A DNA stretch of 20,000 nucleotides, from assembly GCA_030248215.1 (NCBI GenBank), contig JASANG010000266.1, positions 418,502 through 438,501 on the forward strand. The letters run 5' to 3'. The notes under the pieces were generated by a model, which was given only the letters and a program-made list of their open reading frames with translations, was not told the DNA's origin and ran no database searches. Shown here in pieces: positions 10,501 through 19,108 of the stretch. This DNA comes from Enoplolaimus lenunculus. Its lineage: Eukaryota. Each line of letters starts with the position of its first letter. Position 1 is the first letter of the stretch. The position numbers and the translations under genes are program-made.

Positions 10501-11458
10501 TAACCGGTGATGACTCGGAATGGCGGAGCCGATCACCAAGGTTGCAGACACGACTGCTAGGGGACTTCTTTTGTTGTTTCCTGCGTTGCTCCTGAGGTCT
10601 TGAAGCGATAGACAAAGGCGATTCTGATGACGAGACTGACGAGTTTTGTTTAGAGCGTGTTGGCTGCTTCTGATAAAGTTCTTGACAACGAATTTGCGAT
10701 GAATGAGCGGTCGACTTCAGCAAACGCTCGCACTGACTGGATTGATTTTCGCCACTGATTTTGTGAGATCTATTACGAGACAAACTATTGCTGAAATATA
10801 TAAACCACAATTTTGGTCGTATGGTCCTCTTTTAAGAAAACGCAGTATAACGAAGAGAAAGTAATATTCTACACACATTCTTCATTGTCTTAATTTAAAT
10901 CGCAATGTCTACCCAGTAAAATTTTGTCATGCTATCAACTACATACCTTTTATTAACCTGTCGATTGCGTGGTGATCGTGAACGGTCACATCGGTCAGGA
11001 AAATGTTTCAAATCATTCTGGCGACGTAATCCGTAATTCCGCATAACAGGAGAACGACTGGCGGTTTCATACTTGCTGAAGCAAAGAAACAAATATAGCG
11101 ATTTAAGTCATAATTTACTGGCGATTGCGCTATCGACGAATAACTTATGCTAGCAAAATTTGAGAAGTTTTGAATGTACTTAAAAACTCCACTCCAGTAT
11201 AACAAACCCTTCCTCTTTAAACTCTAACCTGTACCCTCTATCATCCAACATTCTAGCTATATTTTCTTGGCGCGGTATTCGGTTAGCTGTAGATAGCTTT
11301 TGTCGTCCTTTTGACCTGCCACTACTACCGGATGAACACGTGATCACCGAATCGTCCCGTGAACAACGTGTCTTGCTTTCACTTTCGCCGCGTTCTGTAC
11401 TTCTTGAGTGACGGCGATTGTATATTTTATTTTTTGCAACACTAACGCCCCCTGGCAT
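1393..11458 (-). CDS. CLK2: Dual-specificity CDC-like kinase (CLK/Doa/LAMMER family), 3'-partial; join(complement 11458-11229, 11075-10947, 10790-9939, 8387-7088, 6886-6739, 5246-5138, 3677-3431, 2595-2467, 1588-1393), continuing beyond window start
   Basis: Spliced translation gives CLK hallmarks: [126 protein letters not shown]. All introns are GT-AG with matching phases. The symbol denotes the invertebrate CLK/Doa orthologue, and exact paralogue naming is uncertain. Confidence 0.93.
2152..2416. repeat. Array of ~30-bp semi-palindromic units (gaagccaaaaagcttcagtatccggacact-like) in mixed orientations, probably MITE interior
   Basis: About 8 degenerate units at 2170-2396. Right end tacacccta resembles a hAT-type terminus. 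No TSD found. Confidence 0.6.
2467..2595 (-). CDS. CLK2: CLK coding exon 8 (129 nt; subdomain [10 protein letters not shown])
   Basis: [43 protein letters not shown]. Acceptor ttatttag, donor AAG|gtaact. Confidence 0.95.
3113..3425. mobile_element. hAT-type MITE (CAGGGTGCAACCGG family)
   Basis: Ends caaggtgcaaccgg / ccagttgcgccctg, subterminal accgg repeats, 8-bp TSD attaaatg (3105-3112) / attacctg (3426-3433) matching 6/8. Confidence 0.75.
3431..3677 (-). CDS. CLK2: CLK coding exon 7 (247 nt; subdomains II-V)
   Basis: [22 protein letters not shown]...[20 protein letters not shown]. Acceptor attttag, donor CAG|gtaatc. Confidence 0.95.
3838..4770. mobile_element. Old hAT-type MITE (CAGGGATGTGCGG ends) hosting a nested MITE
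   Basis: Left ctgggacgtgcggtctcagt matches the reverse complement of the right end (cagggatgtgcggtttcggt) at 16/20. TSD poorly preserved. Confidence 0.5.
4188..4579. mobile_element. hAT-type MITE (TAGGGATG family), inverted relative to the copy at 15162-15420
   Basis: 8-bp TSD ttctttag / ttttttag (7/8), gccgat subterminal repeats. 4346-4570 is similar to the reverse complement of 15170-15405. Confidence 0.75.
5138..5246 (-). CDS. CLK2: CLK coding exon 6 (109 nt; [12 protein letters not shown]... plus insert)
   Basis: Completes GEGTFGKVV. Acceptor gttatag, donor AG|gtaagt, phases 1-2. Confidence 0.9.
5799..6521. mobile_element. Putative non-autonomous TIR element, possibly Kolobok-like
   Basis: Exact 11-bp inverted repeat agatgtcccgg / ccgggacatct. 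Right flank is TTAA but left flank is TTTT. Internal short direct repeats (aaaatgtcgcg...cgatatg twice, aggtacatgtt twice). Confidence 0.4.
6739..6886 (-). CDS. CLK2: CLK coding exon 5 (148 nt; ...[29 protein letters not shown])
   Basis: Conserved CLK pre-kinase DDxxGHL motif and start of the Gly-rich loop. Acceptor ttatttcag, donor G|gttggt. Confidence 0.92.
7036..7070. repeat. (AAT/AAC)n microsatellite just inside the short 201-nt intron
   Basis: aataataacaacaacaacaacaataataataat. Confidence 0.85.
7088..8387 (-). CDS. CLK2: CLK coding exon 4 (1300 nt, R/S/N/D-rich low complexity)
   Basis: Lies in the 468-aa ORF. Acceptor cttgttttag (phase 2), donor AAG|gtgcat (phase 0), matching both neighbouring exons. 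Confidence 0.82.
8511..9030 (-). mobile_element. Degenerate inverted second copy of the HINE-like element (about 2 array units)
   Basis: 8520-8650 is the reverse complement of ~1185-1330 (gtacttaggggtcgaa, tgtccgtccga, tcaggaaccgctgaac). 8660-9030 holds diverged reverse-complement array units. Confidence 0.75.
9294..9747. mobile_element. hAT-type MITE (CAGGGTGCGA ends)
   Basis: TIR cagggtgcgaccg / cgttcgcaccctg, perfect 8-bp TSD cttaacag (9286-9293, 9748-9755), ccgg subterminal repeats. Confidence 0.9.
9939..10790 (-). CDS. CLK2: CLK coding exon 3 (852 nt, R/S/Q-rich low complexity)
   Basis: Lies in the 297-aa ORF. Acceptor tatatttcag, donor AG|gtatgt, phase 2-2. GC content is higher than in the flanking introns. 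Confidence 0.82.
10947..11075 (-). CDS. CLK2: CLK coding exon 2 (129 nt, RS-rich, KYETASRSP...[12 protein letters not shown])
   Basis: Acceptor tttgcttcag, donor AG|gtatgt, phase 2-2, open frame with RSRSP motif. Confidence 0.75.
11229..11458 (-). CDS. CLK2: CLK coding exon 1 (putative start, [20 protein letters not shown]...)
   Basis: ATG at 11458 in an R/S-rich ORF. Acceptor ttacag ends at 11543, so the exon begins at 11542 with 5'UTR. Phase-2 donor AG|gttaga at 11229, with alternative in-phase donors at 11235 and 11208. Confidence 0.6.
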
Positions 11459-14176
11459 CTCAATTCGAGGAAGATCCAAAAGAAACTGATGCGACGAAAA
11501 GCGTTTACCAATCGTTCAGCATATACGTAATCTGGTCAGCCCCTGTAAGATTATTATAAAAAAACTAACGAGTCAACAAAATCGCGGCATCACGTTTCGT
11601 GTTTAGGTGTATTCTTCAATTATGTATTTAATTTGGTTTAACTTAATCAAAAACGAAAACTTCTGACAAATGGATATTTTACGTCATGGCCAGCAACAAA
11701 ACATTTACAAAAATCATTTTTTTGCAAAACTACAGTTAATATTTCGCATGCAGCCACGTGATTAGCAGTGTCCTTGTGCATAAAAAAACTCTATCACTTA
11801 ATCCAGTTGGGTTACATCCTGTGCAGAGTTGCAGTATGCAATAAGCGAGAGTTCGTGCTTAAATTCTAGTTTTACTTGAATATTGTTCCAACTTGAATCC
11901 TTTGGATAATTAACCTGAATCCAATCTAAGCGTGAACTACCTGCCCAGGTACATCTGAAGATATTTTATTGCAAAGATATAATTTATTAAAGTGTTGTAG
12001 ACAAAGCCAAAAAATTATTTCGATAAGTTAACTTTTGTTAATACAAATTAGAGATGCCACGGGGCCAGGGGACAATACGTTATTTGCTGTGATCTAACCG
12101 GACCAGGTTTATATACTATACTTAACTGAGTAGAATGAAAAACAATCCTATCATGCTCGGTTTAGCGTTTGACAAATACGAAAATCACAAGAAGTTACCG
12201 CACACGGTATTTTTTTATATTTCAGGGTTATTGTCGGAGCCAGAAATCCGGTTGATCTCTAATACCTAAATATAAATAGCTCTAAAAACGGCCCCGGCAC
12301 CGGTTAAATTCCACAACAGGGGCGTCTCTAACAGCATGCACATGTAGACACATATCGTTAAGGTTCTGTCAAGCTGATGGGGCACTTCGGAATAGGACAT
12401 GGCTTCGCTGACGCAAGTTGCGATATCTTAGTTGCATTTTGTTCTGAAACGCATAAAACAAAATCCAGTCATACAGTTGTATCCAATCCATATTTGTATA
12501 TACAACAGGCTTCCACCTAATTTAACATTACCTGAAGCGGAGCTGCAAAATATAAAAAAATTTCTGCGAAATTAAACTTCGCCAGCGTCGTGTTTCTGCT
12601 GAGTGATTAGATCCATAATAAATAAGTCAGTTAAAGATGTTCCATTTTAATTTGAGAAACATGTTCCATTTTAACTTAAGAAACACGATTTTCCATACCG
12701 AAATAGCAATTCCAGTTGCAACCTTTTGCTATTGTCTTCCTAAATGTCCAGATATCGCAAGAAAATCAACTGAAACTAAATTTGCTTAACTTGCAAATAA
12801 CCAATTTTACTGTGGCACAACTAGACATAGATAACACTATTTCTTGACTCAAATAGTACCAGTTTATGTACCACGGTCAGCGGTAAACGTTGGTATGTCA
12901 TTTATCGGTCAAGAACACATCCCCATTGTTTCCGACATGCCATCTTCACCATCATTTTCCTTTCTTCCAAAACATTCGTTCTGGATAGCCGCCAGGTTAA
13001 AAATCTCATCACGTCACTACTACATTCGTGGCAAAACAACTCTAATCCAATGGATTTGGAAGCGTTAAAAGTTCCGGCTCAAACTCTAAAACACACAAGA
13101 GCTTGAGCGCAAATATTAAAACTACACGCTTTCTTCATAATGCCAGTGACATTAAATTGTTCAGTTGTTATTTCAGCACTGGCACACACACGCGCAACAG
13201 CAATCTGAAATAAACAATAAGTTCAGTTGTTATTCGAAGAAAATCACACTATGCTGTGTTTTTACGATTGCAAAATATCAATGCAGTTTAGTTATATTTT
13301 ACTAAACCGTATGTTTTCGCTTGTTGGACTCCGAGTGTTCCTTCCGGCTGGGTTTCATCATAATGGTATTTAAAATGGAAACTGGAATCGCTAATTAACC
13401 CAGTAGGAACTAGAGCCATACGAAATTCTATTAGAAATCAAGAATAGGCACTATTATAAAGGGTCGTTGAATCACAGAGTATAGCAGTTACGTTAGGTAC
13501 TCGCTTAATTTAAAAAATTGAATACTTAAATCAATATACACAAAGATTACACACATGTACAAGAGAAACAGATTCATACTTTTGTATCACGTTAATCTTC
13601 CATTAACCGCATGTTAGCATGTTGCGCAACAACGAAGCCATGTCCAAACGGTGGGACGGGTTTGCTCTGAAAGATGCACGGCAACAACCGGCCGCGTTTG
13701 GAGAAGAAACCATTCAGCTCCACTTACCTAAGTATTCGGTAGCACCTTGCAATGCTCGAAATTGAAATTAGTCAGCTTCCAATCACAGCTTGATCACAAT
13801 CCAAACGATTTTTCGTACAACCGATGCTTTCTGTATGACGGAATGAGTCGCCTAAGCAAACTGTCTTTGAGGCAACACTGCAAGTGTTATTCGATGCTTG
13901 AACGTGAACCTACGACTGCTGCCAACTTTAGAATCTCAAACAGAACATTACGAGCGCTTCGTGTCGACATACGGAACACATAGATGCATATAAATACGTA
14001 CATGTGCACCTTAAAAGTAACACATAATTCAACGTGCAACTGCGGTTTTTAGGTACCTGAGGTAACCGATAATGTATTGTGGTATTTGGCTCCAGTAGTT
14101 AAACATGTCATATAGTTCCATATGTTGTCTGATGTTATATATAAACGAACCGCCGTCAGAATCATGCCACATATAT

Positions 14177-14290
14177 CAGGGTGCAACCGGAATTACAATT
14201 TACCGGAACCGGAGTTTGAAAAAATTACCAGAAACGGAACCGGAAAATGAAAAATACATGCCACCGAAAAATTCATTTTAATTTTCTTTT
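14177..14290. mobile_element. Left-end fragment of a CAGGGTGCAACCGG MITE
   Basis: cagggtgcaaccggaatt followed by accggaaccgg repeats, as at 3113 and 14960. No right end identified. Confidence 0.6.
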
Positions 14291-14959
14291 TTGCAATATT
14301 GTAGGTGATATAACCCTAGTTGGAGATAAGAATTCACTTTATCTGCTGTATTTTAGATTTTCATAATCCACGCAAGCGAAATTTACATTCGATGGGTTAT
14401 ATTTGGCGATTGTGATTGAAACACGCAGGATTCGGATTCGGTAAACTAGCAATGGATTGGGATTCAGTCAAATCGTGGACTAACGCTTTTTTCGAAACTT
14501 TTTGTTTTTTTATAATTTTTTTAAGTTTTGATAGCTTTTTTGTGTTTTTTCAGAATATCTGCTGTAATTATTGTGCAGCTACGACATTTCATAAAAAGTT
14601 TTTGACACGTTCTGTTTCTATAAATTCTACTGCCGACTACTGTGCATGAATTTAAACATCAAGAATTATATACACAAAATTAAAAATTTTGAAGTTTGAG
14701 GCGTTACAGGTCCACCGGAAAAATATTTGTGTGCGGCCGAAAACCAGGGGCGGATTCAGGCGATCATACGGTGCCCGTGAATTCTTATTCTCATTAAGTA
14801 ATAGTGTGTCAAATGAATACCGAAAAAAGCTTCGAGTGGGCAATGACGGAGCAGCCACCACTCATACCTCCAATCTGGGAGACACCAGCTCAAAGAGAGA
14901 TCTCCACCTTAAAAACATTTTAAACAAAAAAATTAGAAAAATATGTTGATCATCGCAAG

Positions 14960-15540
14960 CAGGGTGCAACCAGTATCATAAAATACCGGAACTGGTAAAT
15001 TAGAAAATACCGGAATCGGAGCCGGAACCGTAAAACAAAAAACACTTGATACCGAAAAATTCATTTATAAGCTATTTTATCTCTTTTAATGCTGTAAACA
15101 CACCATTTAGAATGCCAAAATCCCGAAACTTATGCAGTAGCTGGGAAACGTATGACAAGATTAGGGATGTACCGATTAATCGGCATCGGTAATAATGGAC
15201 ACTTCTCGTGAGTATCGGCATCGGCACCGCAAAAAATGTCGACTCTTGCCGACACTTTTTCCGCATAACAGTGAGTTGGAATGCTACCAATTTCATTCTT
15301 GGGCGCATATCAGTGTGTCTGGTAAATAAAACTGTTATCTCTCTTGCATTTGTGTTTGACAAGATAATTGAAATAAGTCGTTCTTATAAAATTATAATCG
15401 TTTATGAAGGTTCATCCCTAGACAAGATTAGATTATGACGCAAATTGAAAATTTTGGCAATACACGTTAAAATATTTCTAGAAAAATAAGTGAAAAATAC
15501 CAGATTTCCCTATCGGAACCGGAGTTCCGCTTGTACTCTG
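14960..15540. mobile_element. CAGGGTGCAACC-family MITE interrupted by a nested MITE
   Basis: Collinear with 3113-3425 once 15162-15428 is removed. Ends cagggtgcaacc / cttgtactctg. Confidence 0.75.
15162..15420. mobile_element. 259-bp hAT MITE with Ac/Ds-like TAGGGATG ends, nested in another MITE
   Basis: TIR tagggatgtacc / ggttcatcccta (11/12), perfect 8-bp TSD gacaagat (15154-15161, 15421-15428). Confidence 0.92.
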
Positions 15541-15627
15541 ATAACTTGATCAATAGGATATCTCTGATAGTCGTTTGCCTTGAGGAAATCAAATACACTT
15601 AGTCCCATTAGATCAAATAAGAAACAT
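15541..15627 (-). pseudogene. Duplicated fragment of CLK kinase exon 7 ([24 protein letters not shown]) with its donor site
   Basis: 15546-15617 matches 3431-3502 at 69/72 nt, same orientation. Confidence 0.88.
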
Positions 15628-15669
15628 GCTGCCAAATACCGAGACTTGCCGAGACCGAGACTCCCATTC

Positions 15670-16550
15670 CTGACGGTTGTAGTGCCTGTAAGTCTAGGTT
15701 GGAACTGGGACGTTAGACCTTTCTGCTAAGCAGCTGGAAAAGCGGACCTCTAGAGCGGGGATCGAACTCTGAACGTACGGATCCTTAAGCGAATATTCTA
15801 CCACTCCGCCATGTAGCCCGCCTCTCAAACTACCGTTTTCGTCGACTATATGTGTCGACCGCATGCTGTCAGCAAGCATACAACACAATGTGCATTGTAT
15901 TTTATTGCAGACGCACTAGGACAAGCATGTCTCATGCTTACATTACCTTATTTTCAACAAGGTCGTTCCTTGACCGTCCATCCTATTTTTACTGAATACC
16001 ATGTTCATAGCGCGGCAATTTACCACTGCGCTCACGGCGTGGCCCCATATCCGTGTAGGTTGGAACCGGGACTTCAGATCTCTTTACTAAGCAGCTGGAA
16101 AAGCGGGCCTCCGGAGCGGGGATGGAACTCTCAGCCTATGAATCTTTAAGCGAACACTCTACCACTGCGCCACGTAGCACGCCTCTCCAACTGCATTTTT
16201 CGTCGACCGTATGCTGCCAACTAGCATACATACAGTGCACTGAACTATAAACGGACAAGCATGGCTCACATGCTTACATGCCCTTATTTTCAACAAGGTC
16301 GCCCCTGGACCGTCCATCCTATTTTCGACAGGATACCGTGTTCATAGCGCGGCAGTTTACTATTATGTCCCATGTCAGTCTAGGTAGGAACTGGGACATC
16401 AGACCTTTCTGTTAAGCAGCTGAAAAAGCCGTCCTCTGGATAGGGGATCGAACTCTCAGCCTGATCCTTAAGCAAATATTTTACCACTGCGCCACGCAGC
16501 CCGCCTCTCCAACTACCGTTACAACACTATGTGCATTGCATTTTATTGCA
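15670..16550 (-). mobile_element. Head-to-tail tandem of a tRNA-derived SINE-like unit (3 heads, periods 361 and 322 bp)
   Basis: Minus-strand Pol III A boxes TGGCG(G/C)AGTGG at 15801-15811, 16162-16172 and 16484-16494. B boxes GAGTTC(G/C)ATCC at 15759-15769, 16120-16130 and 16445-16455. Bodies are homologous. Confidence 0.8.
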
Positions 16551-16676
16551 TAGTCAGGAAGATGTAGATTTCTGTACTGAAGCAAAAATAAAAAACCACG
16601 CTAACAATTAAAAATGAGATAAAACAAACTTTTACTCAACTTAAATACTTCCAACAGAGCACAATTTTCGACGCTG

Positions 16677-16790
16677 TATCCGGTTAACACCCTGTTCTGT
16701 TTCCGGTAAAAATTGATTATCCGGTTAACATCCATTCTGTTCCGGTAAAAATCGATTATCCGGTTCGTTCCGGTATCAGGTTAATACCCA
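16677..16790. repeat. ~40-bp tandem (tatccggttaaca...ttccggtaaaaat.gat) x~2.7, resembling MITE subterminal repeats
   Basis: Direct repeats visible. Similar to the 9692-9725 subterminal region of the MITE at 9294-9747. Confidence 0.65.
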
Positions 16791-18474
16791 CTCGACCTCG
16801 GGCAATGACGAATACATTATATTAAAAACACGCTCAACAATTTCCTTTCCAAGCTTAGGAATCACCATAGACATCAGAAAGTTAACAAATAGTAAAACGT
16901 ATTGTATCGAGCCTTTCTCTGTATTACAATTTTTCTGTTACGCAAAGCAAGTAATGCCATGTCTTTGGAAAAATAACCACTAGCTAAGTCATCATTGGTT
17001 GCGATATCAGAGTTGCAAAATTTAAAAGTTAAATTTCGGCTTTAAAAAATTGAAGATACAAAAACTATACGCAATCGAACCAATGATCCCTGAAAGTTAG
17101 GGTATAGAGTGACTAGTAAACATGAAAAATGCAATATTAAGTAATGCATTTGTGAGCAAAGTAATTTCATAAACAACCTGTATTTTATACTAGATTTCAC
17201 ACTAATATGACATGCAGGAATCGTTGATGACAAAAATACAAACCATTTACGACAATATAATATTGAGTATCACATTTTAGATTTATAGCAACAGACGTGT
17301 CTTGGACTCTCGGGTTCTTTTTCCTAACAGTATTGGTCGGATCCGTTGCTTTCTACAGTGTTGTAAACTTTCAAAATAATTTTCTGGCTCAAGCTTGAAT
17401 GCGCTAAACTGCAGCAAGCATGTTGAAGCACTATTGTGAAAATGTTATGCGGAGTCCTAGACGACCTAGACCATTATCGAAACGCATATTTCACCCGGCA
17501 CAAAAGGACCCTGCAGAAGTATTACACTTTATATCCTCTGAGAACTTACCTGAAACAGCACGTTTCTCGAACAAAACCGACGAACAATCTTTTAGCAGTG
17601 TTGCTCTCAAAACGCTGAAAATAAAGCTGTTTACGACGAAATTCACGCTTTCAACGTTAACTATTGACTTGTTCTATTCGGTTCGGGCTTCAGCTGCGGT
17701 GTTTTCTACTACATATGTGGTGGAATCAAGCGCGAGTGAATGGGACATCCAAACCGTGGTTACCAAAACGATCTCAAAATTTATCTTGGAAATCGGGTTA
17801 AAAGACGCGCAAGCAGACAGTATGTTAGAGGCGCAATGTCAACCGCAACCGGGATAAACCGGTTGAAACAAAAGCGCCGAAGTCTTGAAATGCGTCTGGC
17901 TTCTTGCTCGCTTCGCTAGCAAGTTTTGAAACTTATTCTACTTCCGTTGGAACGAGCTGTTCTGTGCGCTGCCGTCCTTGGTTAAATCTCATGAACATTA
18001 AAGCTTTTACCTAAAATATGAACAACTTTTAGCAGAAAATACCAAAAAATTCACGCTGCCCGCGTATTGTAATTCAATTTAAACATAGTTACAATCTAGA
18101 TCCACAATTTGCCACCTATACTTCAAACTGTTTTTGGAAGGGTGTGCACTCTTTCATAGTCAATTTTATTGCAATAATTCGAGGTTTGTGTGTGGATTCA
18201 TGAACACGGTCCGCAATGTGTTTGAAACTAACTTTGTTGCAATTTACATTTTGGCCCATCATTCTGAAATCCTGCATCCGCCACTGTGTGAAATCCAGTG
18301 AACCAGTGTTGCAGCAGCTTTTATTCAAAAACACTGGGCTGAGTACATATGTCGAGGTGTAATATATAATGACAAAACTTTTTTGAATAGTACAACGCAT
18401 CGCTTTCGGGGGAACACTCAAGTGCCTGGCACCTCGACTAAAAATTCTGCCCGGAGAGAACAGTTTTGTTTACC

Positions 18475-18822
18475 ACGCATCCCGTACTGAACGATACTCC
18501 AATTTAGTCTACAAGTACTTTATCATTGATTAGGATGCTTCAATATTGATCTGCATAAAATGGAGGTATTGGAGATCAGTGGTCCACATAACGCATTCCG
18601 TACTGAACGATACTCCAATTTAGTCTACAAGTACTTTATCATTGATTAGGATGCTTCAATATTGATCTGCATACAATGGAGGTATTGGAGATCAGTGGTC
18701 CACATAACGCATTCCGTACTGAACAATACTCCAATTTAGTCTACAAGTACTTGATCATTGATTAGGATGCTTCAATATTGATCTGCATACAATGGAGGTA
18801 TTGGAGATCAGTGGTCCACATA
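18475..18822. repeat. 116-bp tandem repeat, 3 near-identical copies
   Basis: Units start at 18475, 18591 and 18707, with only about 4 variable positions. Confidence 0.97.
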
Positions 18823-19062
18823 ACTACATCATTCATTTTCTTCGTGTTTTTACTCAATCTTTGTAACTTGACATATACATAGCTAGAGGTTAATTGAATT
18901 GAACAATTGAAAGTTTTTTATCCGGTCCGTTTATATGAGAGATGGAAAAAAAGAAAGAAAGAAACGTTATGAAGCATCAAAGATCGCTGCAGAAATAACA
19001 AGCTCAGTTCATGTAAAGCAAAGAAAGTATATTATATATTGTGATAAAACAAGTTACTAATT

Positions 19063-19108
19063 GTCAGTCTAGGTAGGAACCGGGACATCAGACCTTTCAA
19101 CTAAGCAG
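19063..19108 (-). mobile_element. Solo fragment of the SINE body
   Basis: gtcagtctaggtaggaaccgggacatcagacctttc...taagcag matches ~16374-16418. Confidence 0.75.

Noticed and set aside
9982..10551. 173-aa plus-strand and 123-aa alternative-frame ORFs
   Set aside because: Shadow ORFs of the GC-richer CLK exon 3
15745..15825. Functional tRNA genes in the A/B-box heads
   Set aside because: No convincing acceptor stem, anticodon regions differ among copies, and the heads are fused to a repeated body, so they are treated as SINE-like
17420..17857. 145-aa plus-strand ORF and overlapping 60-aa ORF
   Set aside because: No recognisable domain or supported splice structure. Length is compatible with chance.
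14745..18286. caggggcggattcag (14745) and ctgcatccgccactg (18272-18286) as ends of one large transposon
   Set aside because: Imperfect match, no TSD, no transposase between them. More likely separate MITE remnants.
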